Assembly: GCA_963783305.1 (NCBI GenBank)
Contig: CAWAMW010000007.1
Coordinates: 320,001 to 384,000, forward strand
DNA from: an uncultured Gemmatimonadales bacterium
GTDB taxonomy: Bacteria > Gemmatimonadota > Gemmatimonadetes > Longimicrobiales > RSA9
Length of the DNA: 64,000 nt
Direction: 5' to 3'
In this document: positions 57,383 through 64,000 of the stretch, piece by piece
How positions within the stretch are numbered: the stretch's first letter is position 1
Layout of the letters: each line of letters opens with the position of its first letter
The notes under the pieces: model-generated
Seen by the model: the letters and a program-made list of their open reading frames with translations, nothing else
What the model was told of the DNA's origin: nothing
Database searches by the model: none
Position numbers and translations under genes: made by a program

Positions 57383-58029
57383 CGGTGGCACGTCGTGCAG
57401 TCGGTGCCCGGCGCCACGTCGTACTCGGCCATGAGGGCGGCGGCCAGCGAGTCCCGGTCGCCCTGGAAGGTCCACCCCGGCGTGGTGATCTCGGACCGGG
57501 GACGCAGCCGTGGGCCCGGGTCCCGGTGGCATTCCAGGCACCAGCCCATGGTCAGCGGCGCGACCTGAGTCACCCGCGCCTGCCGGTCGAGCCGGCCGTG
57601 GCAGCTCTCGCAGCCCACACCGTTCAGGACGTGGGCGGAATGGTCGAAATAGACGAAATCGGCCAGGGAATAGACGCGGGCCCAGGCCAGGGGCGCGCCC
57701 TCGAAGTAGCTCTCACGTACCGGCTCCAGGAGAGGGCTGTCGTTCCAGATCTGGTTGTGGCAGTTCATGCAGAGGTCGGCGCCGGGGATGCCGGCGTACG
57801 GCGACCGGTCGGCGAGGGAGTGGCAGTAGAGGCAGTCCACGAGGTCATCCGCCACGTGGTGGCGGTGGTCGAAGGGCACCGGCTGCTCGGGTGCGCGGCC
57901 CACACCGGTGTTCCACGGGCTTCGAACATACCCCATGAGCGCGAGCGGGACCGCCAGGACCAGGAGCACGGCCGCTGCGATCGCCACCCGGAACGCATGG
58001 TTCGACCAACTGGGGAAGAGCGCCGGCAT
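57379..58029 (-). CDS. actA: Alternative complex III subunit A (pentaheme cytochrome c)
   Basis: TM anchor, QPVPFDH; five CxxCH (CLYCH, CMNCH, CESCH, CLECH, CTTCH). Confidence 0.95.
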   Translation of the reverse strand: MPALFPSWSNHAFRVAIAAAVLLVLAVPLALMGYVRSPWNTGVGRAPEQPVPFDHRHHVADDLVDCLYCHSLADRSPYAGIPGADLCMNCHNQIWNDSPLLEPVRESYFEGAPLAWARVYSLADFVYFDHSAHVLNGVGCESCHGRLDRQARVTQVAPLTMGWCLECHRDPGPRLRPRSEITTPGWTFQGDRDSLAAALMAEYDVAPGTDCTTCHR

Positions 58030-58186
58030 CTCCGTTCCGGAAAGGGTCGCCCCGCGACCGGGCCGGTCGCGGCGGACGCCGATTCGCGGCATGCAAGACA
58101 CGTGCAGCAGACGCCGATCGACGGGCGCCCGGAGCCGCCCGGTGGTATGTTCAGCGGCTCGTAATCCGCCAATCGGAGTCTGTCGA

Positions 58187-59509
58187 ATGCCCCGTACGTC
58201 GCCGTGGGCCCGAGCCCTTCTGTTCTCCTCCGCCGCCCTGGGTGTGAGCCTGGCGTCGTGCGCGCGGCCGAGCGAGCCGGCCCTGCCGGTCGCCGCCCCT
58301 GAAGCGCTGGGATTGTCGCCGAAGGTGCTCGAGCGCGCGGATTCAGTGCTCCGTGCGTTTGTCGACGCGGGGCAGGTGGGGGGGGTGTATGCGGTGATCG
58401 CGCGTGGCGGGCGAGTCGGATACGAGCGGACGTTCGGGTGGCGCGACGTGGGCGGGCGCGATCCGCTGCGCCGGGACGATGTCTTCCGGATCTACTCCAT
58501 GACCAAACCGATCACCGCCGTCGGGATGCTGCGACTGGTCGAGGAGGGGCGGGTGGCGCTGGATGACCCGGTCTCCCGCTACATCCCGGCCTTCGCGAAG
58601 GTAAAGGTATTCGCCGGGGGAACGGCCGCTGCGCCCCTGCTGGAGGAGCCTCGCTCCCCCATCACGATCCGGCAGCTGCTCAACCACACTTCCGGTCTTG
58701 CGTACGGACTCACCCGCTCGCCGGTGGACACGATCTTCGCCGCGGCGAAGCTGTACGACGCGGAGCGGACCCTGGAGGCGTTCACAGACTCCCTCGCCCG
58801 CGTGCCGCTCCTGTTCCATCCCGGCACGGCGTGGAGCTACAGCTCGGGACTGGACGTAGCCGGACGGGTAATCGAGGTCGCCTCGGGGCGGTCGCTCGAT
58901 CGATTCCTCGAGGAGGAGATCTTCCGCCCGCTCGGGATGCGAGACACGGCCTTTCGGATCCGGCCCGACATGCGAGACCGTCTCGCCACCGTGTACAGGC
59001 CGGGGGCGGGGGGCGAGCTCGAGAGGCTCGGCCCGGACGGGCTCATGGCCATGTTCGAGCCGGGTGCCCGGTTCTTCTGGGGCAGTGGAGGGCTGGTCTC
59101 GACGCCCGACGACTACCTCCGGTTCGCCCAGATGCTCCTGAACGGCGGCGCGCTCGGGGAGGCCCGGGTGCTCCGACCGGAGACCGTCGCCATGTTGACC
59201 GGCGACACGGTCCCGTTCCATCTGGGACGTCCCACGAACAGCATCCTCGAGGACCCCACCTACCGGTTCGGGCTGGGAGTGGCAGTGAAGGTCGACACCG
59301 TCGGCGCGCTGCGGCCCGGGCCCGCCGGCCTGTTTCGATGGTCCGGCTACCTGGGGACCTACTTCTGGATCGACCCGGTCAACGACATGATCGCCATGGT
59401 CTGGACGCAGCTGTCGCCCGGCTCCAGGTACCCGATCGAGGCGCGCTTCCAGGATCTCGTGTACGAGGCGCTGTCGCGCCGTGTCGGCTTTCCGGCCCCT
59501 GGCGTCTGA
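58187..59509 (+). CDS. Serine hydrolase, beta-lactamase/AmpC-esterase family lipoprotein
   Basis: Lipobox LASC, FRIYSMTK (SxxK), LLNHTSG, WSYSS, GSGGLVST, WSG. Confidence 0.92.
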   Translation: MPRTSPWARALLFSSAALGVSLASCARPSEPALPVAAPEALGLSPKVLERADSVLRAFVDAGQVGGVYAVIARGGRVGYERTFGWRDVGGRDPLRRDDVFRIYSMTKPITAVGMLRLVEEGRVALDDPVSRYIPAFAKVKVFAGGTAAAPLLEEPRSPITIRQLLNHTSGLAYGLTRSPVDTIFAAAKLYDAERTLEAFTDSLARVPLLFHPGTAWSYSSGLDVAGRVIEVASGRSLDRFLEEEIFRPLGMRDTAFRIRPDMRDRLATVYRPGAGGELERLGPDGLMAMFEPGARFFWGSGGLVSTPDDYLRFAQMLLNGGALGEARVLRPETVAMLTGDTVPFHLGRPTNSILEDPTYRFGLGVAVKVDTVGALRPGPAGLFRWSGYLGTYFWIDPVNDMIAMVWTQLSPGSRYPIEARFQDLVYEALSRRVGFPAPGV

Positions 59510-59599
59510 TCAGGGCCCGACGAGGACCACTCGCCGGGCTTCCGCGTCGAAGCTGATGGCGAAATCGCGGAGCGCGGCCGGGCCGATCTCCGTGGTTTC
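59510..59599 (-). pseudogene. Short gene relic resembling the C-terminus of a retropepsin-like aspartyl protease
   Basis: 29 codons [29 protein letters not shown] then TGA, with high GC3, filling the gap between the pgm and hydrolase stops. Confidence 0.45.
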
Positions 59600-61268
59600 A
59601 TGGGAGGTTGGCGGACCGGAAGGCCTCCTGCACCATCGATCGCGCCTCGTCCTGGATGCGGGCCAGGTGCTTCTCGTCCCGGAAGCTCTCCGCGTAGATC
59701 TTGTACACGTTCTCCGTTCCGGACGGCCGCGCCGCGAACCAGCCGTTCTCCGTCACCACCTTGAGACCGCCGATGGGCGCGTTGTTGCCGGGCGCCCGCG
59801 TCATCCGCTGGACGATCGGCTCTCCGGCGAGGTCGCGGGTCCCGATGGATTCGGGAGAGAGGGTCTTCAACGCCGCCTTCTGCTCGGGCGTCGCCGGGGC
59901 GTCGATCCGCTGATACACGGGGGTTCCGAATCGCTCTTCCAGGTCGTGGTAGATCTCGGCGGGATCCCGGCCGGTGACCGCGAGGATCTCGGCGGCGAGC
60001 AGGGCGAGGAGGATGCCGTCCTTGTCGGTGGTCCACGGGGACCCGTCGTGGCGCAGGAAGGTGGCGCCCGCGCTTTCCTCACCGGCGAAGGCGACGTCGG
60101 CGTTCATGAGCCCCTCGACGAACCACTTGAAGCCGACGGGCACCTCGACCAGGGGTCGACCGAGGTCCCGGGCCACGCGATCGATCATGGAGCTGGAGAC
60201 CAGCGTTTTGCCGATGCCGGCGTCCGAGGGCCAGTCGGGTCGGTGCTGGAAGAGGTACCAGACGGCGACGGCCAGGTAGTGGTTCGGGTCGAGCAGTCCG
60301 CCCGTGGGGGTGACGATCCCGTGGCGGTCGGCGTCCGGGTCGAGCCCGGCGGCAACGTCGAAGCGGTCCCGGAGCCCGATCAGCCCGGCCATGGCATAGG
60401 GTGAGGAGCAGTCCATCCGCACCTTCCCGTCGCGGTCCAGCGGCATGAAGGAGAACGTGGGGTCGACGTCTTTGTTCACGACCTCGAGGTCGAGACCGTA
60501 GCGTTCCGCGATGGGCTCCCAGTAGTCGACGGAGGAGCCGCCCATGGGGTCCACGCCAATGCGCAACCCGGACGCGGCGATGGCGTCCATGTCGAGGACC
60601 GACGCGAGCTCCTCGATGTAGGCGGATCGCAGGTCCACCTCCCGGGTGGTGCGGGCCGCTCTCGCCGCCCGGAGCGAAAGCCGCTCGCCCCCCGGGGCGC
60701 CTGAGTCCAGCAGCTCGTTCGCCCGCTCCTCGATGGCGGACGTGGTCTCTCCGGCGGCGGGTCCCCCGTGGGGCGGGTTGTACTTGATCCCTCCGTCCTC
60801 CGGCGGATTGTGCGACGGCGTGAGGATCAGCCCGTCCGCGCGCCCCGCACCGGCGGCACCCGCCGCCCCGCCCGAGTGGTTCGCCCGGAGGATCGCGCGG
60901 GATATGACCGGCGTGGGTGTGAACGGGGAGGCACCGTCCAGCCGGAGCTCCACACCGGCACCGGCCAGGACCCCCACGGCCACCTCGAAGGCCTGCTCCG
61001 ACAGGGCATGTGTGTCCTTGCCGACGAACATGGGCCCGTCGATGCGCTCGTGCGCGCGATACTCGGAGATGGCGGTGGCAATGGACCGGATGTGCGCCTC
61101 GTTGAAGCTTCCATCGAGAGACGTGCCCCGGTGTCCCGAGGTGCCGAAGGACACCCGCTCCGCACGGACCGATGGGTCCGGCGTCCGATCATGGAACGCC
61201 GCGCGTAGCGCGCCAATGTCCGTCTGACGATCGGGGGGCGTCGGTTCGGCCTGCGGGTCATTGCTCAT
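59598..61268 (-). CDS. pgm: Phosphoglucomutase
   Basis: [44 protein letters not shown]. Confidence 0.96.
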   Translation of the reverse strand: MSNDPQAEPTPPDRQTDIGALRAAFHDRTPDPSVRAERVSFGTSGHRGTSLDGSFNEAHIRSIATAISEYRAHERIDGPMFVGKDTHALSEQAFEVAVGVLAGAGVELRLDGASPFTPTPVISRAILRANHSGGAAGAAGAGRADGLILTPSHNPPEDGGIKYNPPHGGPAAGETTSAIEERANELLDSGAPGGERLSLRAARAARTTREVDLRSAYIEELASVLDMDAIAASGLRIGVDPMGGSSVDYWEPIAERYGLDLEVVNKDVDPTFSFMPLDRDGKVRMDCSSPYAMAGLIGLRDRFDVAAGLDPDADRHGIVTPTGGLLDPNHYLAVAVWYLFQHRPDWPSDAGIGKTLVSSSMIDRVARDLGRPLVEVPVGFKWFVEGLMNADVAFAGEESAGATFLRHDGSPWTTDKDGILLALLAAEILAVTGRDPAEIYHDLEERFGTPVYQRIDAPATPEQKAALKTLSPESIGTRDLAGEPIVQRMTRAPGNNAPIGGLKVVTENGWFAARPSGTENVYKIYAESFRDEKHLARIQDEARSMVQEAFRSANLP

Positions 61269-61424
61269 GAAGGCGCGCTCTCCTGCGTCGGGGTCCTCGT
61301 GGTTCGAGTGCGGCCCAGGCGATGCAAGTTCCCGCCCGTGCGCCCCCGGTGCAACGCCGGCGACGACCCGGCGGCGGGTGCGTGTGAAACGGGTGTTGTG
61401 GGTGAGGGTGAAGCGTGACGAGGG

Positions 61425-61440
61425 TGGAACGATTACTGCG
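61425..61440 (+). promoter_or_regulatory. sigma54-like promoter upstream of the Rho-N-domain small protein
   Basis: TGGAACGATTACTGCG, GG-N10-GC. Confidence 0.5.
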
Positions 61441-61506
61441 CGGGAAAGGGGTGCGAGGCGGCAGCGTTCCTGTCGCCTTTTGTCGTAATTCCAGCAGGGG
61501 GTCAAC

Positions 61507-61764
61507 ATGCCGAAGAACCACGGATCGAGCGTAAAGGACGACGAACAGTACGAGGCGCTGCGGGAAGAGGGCGCCAGCAAGGAGAAGGCGGCCCGGATCG
61601 CGAACTCCGGCTCGCGGTCGTCGACGGGGAAGAAGGGCGGGAACGCCAGCCAGTACGAGGACCGTACCAGGGACGAGCTCTACGAGAAGGCGAAGGAAGT
61701 GGGCATAGAGGGCCGGTCGGACATGACGAAGGACGAGCTGATCGACGCCTTGCGGAACCACTGA
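61507..61764 (+). CDS. Small protein with Rho termination factor N-terminal-like domain
   Basis: [56 protein letters not shown]. Confidence 0.88.
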   Translation: MPKNHGSSVKDDEQYEALREEGASKEKAARIANSGSRSSTGKKGGNASQYEDRTRDELYEKAKEVGIEGRSDMTKDELIDALRNH

Positions 61765-61827
61765 CTCCGGTATACGGGTTTCCGTTGAGGACGAGGCGTT
61801 CGCCGAGCGCCTGGAGGTCCCCCGCAC

Positions 61828-62154
61828 GTGGAGTCAGATGAGGCATACGGGAGCCGACGCGCCGTGCGGCTGATCGCGACGCGGAAATCCGAGCAGAACC
61901 ACCGGGCCATCGACCCGTGGACCGTGGTGCACGTGTCCGCGGGTCTCGCGCTGGGGCTGATGGACATCGACCGTGGGAAGGCGCTGGCGCTGGCGGTGGG
62001 GTACGAGCTCGCTGAGCAGGTGTTCGAGCGTCGGCCGTGGGGCAGAGAGCTGTTCAAGACGTCCGGTCCCGAGATCCTGCCGAACGCGGCCGTGGACCTG
62101 GCGGTGTTCTGGGGAGGGCACGTACTCGGTACGCTGTGGAACGCCACGGAGTGA
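61828..62154 (+). CDS. Hypothetical small membrane protein (start may be GTG at 61864)
   Basis: DPWTVVH...YELAE...E...NAAVD pattern of small His/Glu membrane proteins. Confidence 0.65.
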   Translation: MESDEAYGSRRAVRLIATRKSEQNHRAIDPWTVVHVSAGLALGLMDIDRGKALALAVGYELAEQVFERRPWGRELFKTSGPEILPNAAVDLAVFWGGHVLGTLWNATE

Positions 62155-64000
62155 CCACGAGACGGGCGGCCCGTGGAAATCGGCTTCGCCGGGCGCTTGG
62201 CGCGCTGCTGGCGGCCCTTCCTCTGGTGCCGGGGGTCGGCGTGCAGGCGCAGGAGGCGAGCACGCCCCAGTCCGCGGACTCCACCCTGGTGCTCGCGCAC
62301 CCCGAGCTGGTGGTGCGGGCACTGCGCGCACCGGTCGCGGCGGCCGAGCTTCCCTATGCGGTGACGGTCCGGCGGCCCGCGCTCGACGCGTCAAGCGCGG
62401 GCCTGAGCCTCGCCGGGGAGCTCCGAGCGGTTCCGGGGCTCCAGGTGCAGAGCCGGTACAACGACGCGCTGGGAGAGCGGATCGTCATGCGCGGCTTCGG
62501 AGCGCGGGCGCAGTTCGGAGTGCGGGGCATCCAGGTCCTGGTGGACGGGGTCCCCGCCACCATGCCGGACGGTCAGACCACGCTCAGCCACCTCGACCTC
62601 TCGTTGCTCGAGCGGGCGGAGGTCCTGCGCGGTCCCGCCGCGGCGGCGTACGGAAACGCGGCCGGCGGCGTGCTCCTGCTGAGCACCCGGCCTCCCCCCT
62701 CGGCGGGGTTGCGACAGGAGGTGGAGGTGGTCGGTGGAGAGGGTGACCTGTTCCGGCTCCGGTCCACCACGGCCGGGGGCGGGGGAGGCGCGGGCTGGAT
62801 CGTCTCGGCCACGCGGGAGCGGCGCGACGGGTACCGGCCGCACTCGGGCACCGAGCGCTACCAGGGGACCGGGCGACTGGACGCGTCCATGGCGGGTGGC
62901 TTCCTGCGGGTCGTAGCGCACGGGGTATCGTACGACGCGGACAATCCCGGCTCCCTCACGCTGGAGCAGTACTTGGCGGAGCCTCACCAGGCGCAGGGCT
63001 ACAACGTGGCGCAGCGGACGGGTGAAGAGGGGCTGCACGGCCAGGTGGGCGCCACGTGGGAGGCGGCCACGGGGATCGGCCAGCTGGAGGCCACGGCCTA
63101 TGCGGTGGCTCGCACCCTCGACAACCCGATTCCGCCCGCTTTCATCGACCTGGAGCGGCGGGTCGGTGGCGCCCGCGTCCTGCTGAGGAGCGGGGGCGGC
63201 GAGGGTCGGGCATCCACCGGTGGCACGGACGCGGACCGGCAGCCTGTGAGCTGGGCTGTCGGCCTGGAGGCCGCGGTGCAGAGGGACGACCGGCAGAATC
63301 ACGAGAACGTGGACGGGCGGCGCGGAACCCTCACTTTGGATCAGGGGGAGCGGGTGAGCAACGTCGCGGTGCACGGGCAGGCCCTGGTGCCGATCCTCCC
63401 CCCGCTCGGCGTGTTCCTGGGCGCGCGCTATGACCGGATCTCGTTTGCCGCAGACGACCACTTCACCGAAGCGGGCGATCCCGACGATTCGGGTCGGCGG
63501 ACGATGCACGCCGTGAGTCCGACCGCCGGGCTCCGGCTGGACGTCGCGCGGGGCGTGTCATTCTTCGGGAACGTCAGCACCGCGTTCGAGACGCCGACCA
63601 CCACCGAGCTGGTGAACCGCCCGGACGGGTCCGGCGGGTTCAATGCGGAGGTGGACCCTCAGCGAACGATCTCGTACGAGATCGGCACCCGCGCGGAGAT
63701 TGCGCCGATGTTTCGGTTCCAGGCGAGCGCCTATCACGCCCGCGTGACGGACGCGCTGATCCCCTTCGAGGTGGCCACGGCGCCGGGGCGGCAGTATTTC
63801 CGCAACGCCGGCGGGGCGGTACACGAGGGGCTCGAGCTGCTGGCGGAGGTACGCACGAGTGTGGTGGAGGTATTGGGCGCGGTGAGCTGGACGGAGGCCG
63901 GGTTCACCGCCTACGAGGAGGGTGGACGATCCTTCGATGGCAACGCGGTCCCGGGTGTACGCCCGTGGACGGTGGGGTTGGTGGCCAAAGCGCGACCGAC
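62151..64000 (+). CDS. TonB-dependent receptor, YncD/PqqU-like (partial, runs off right edge)
   Basis: Not in the ORF track because it has no stop. From GTG at 62151: signal peptide, ELVVRA TonB-box-like segment, plug RGFGARAQFGVRGIQVLVDGVPATMPDGQ, EVLRGP...YGNAAGG, later TAFETPTTTEL. Confidence 0.92.
   Translation, partial: MTTRRAARGNRLRRALGALLAALPLVPGVGVQAQEASTPQSADSTLVLAHPELVVRALRAPVAAAELPYAVTVRRPALDASSAGLSLAGELRAVPGLQVQSRYNDALGERIVMRGFGARAQFGVRGIQVLVDGVPATMPDGQTTLSHLDLSLLERAEVLRGPAAAAYGNAAGGVLLLSTRPPPSAGLRQEVEVVGGEGDLFRLRSTTAGGGGGAGWIVSATRERRDGYRPHSGTERYQGTGRLDASMAGGFLRVVAHGVSYDADNPGSLTLEQYLAEPHQAQGYNVAQRTGEEGLHGQVGATWEAATGIGQLEATAYAVARTLDNPIPPAFIDLERRVGGARVLLRSGGGEGRASTGGTDADRQPVSWAVGLEAAVQRDDRQNHENVDGRRGTLTLDQGERVSNVAVHGQALVPILPPLGVFLGARYDRISFAADDHFTEAGDPDDSGRRTMHAVSPTAGLRLDVARGVSFFGNVSTAFETPTTTELVNRPDGSGGFNAEVDPQRTISYEIGTRAEIAPMFRFQASAYHARVTDALIPFEVATAPGRQYFRNAGGAVHEGLELLAEVRTSVVEVLGAVSWTEAGFTAYEEGGRSFDGNAVPGVRPWTVGLVAKARP

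Noticed and set aside
61323..61338. Weak GG-N10-GC boxes upstream of pgm (and a similar one near 23977-23992 upstream of the AKR)
   Set aside because: A G follows the GG and the -24 element matches the consensus poorly; too likely by chance at this GC content
62391..63509. 372-aa minus-strand ORF
   Set aside because: Antisense to the TonB-dependent receptor that occupies the + strand

Overview
A high-GC window from a diderm bacterium. The gene content (PEP-CTERM protein, TonB-dependent receptor, alternative complex III, many lipoproteins) resembles Gemmatimonadota, but that assignment is inference. About 55 CDS are supported. From left to right: a partial nuoA-like gene; a CheB/CheR-PAS-histidine kinase coupled to an Mla/Pqi-type ABC lipid transporter; a cytochrome c plus a Met/His-rich tandem Ig-fold lipoprotein; an octaheme HAO-family cytochrome translationally coupled to an internally duplicated His-bearing membrane protein; a fadB-fadA-ACAD-fadF-etfB-etfA beta-oxidation operon with a FadR(YsiA)-like operator; an ASRT/ThDP enzyme/enolase-superfamily/FAD-FeS/GH15 operon; an actABCDEFG plus A2-type caa3 oxidase operon facing a degenerate CtaA; pgm; and a partial YncD/PqqU-like TonB receptor. 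No rRNA, tRNA, CRISPR array or transposase was seen. The best candidates for undescribed systems are (i) the octaheme plus 2x4-TM putative heme-b module and (ii) the Met/His-rich Ig lipoprotein plus cytochrome c pair. Features missed by the ORF track include at least seven sigma54-type -24/-12 boxes, two gene relics (TetR and aspartyl-protease-like) and a REP-like repeat cluster. All functional calls come from motif recognition by eye; no database search was run.
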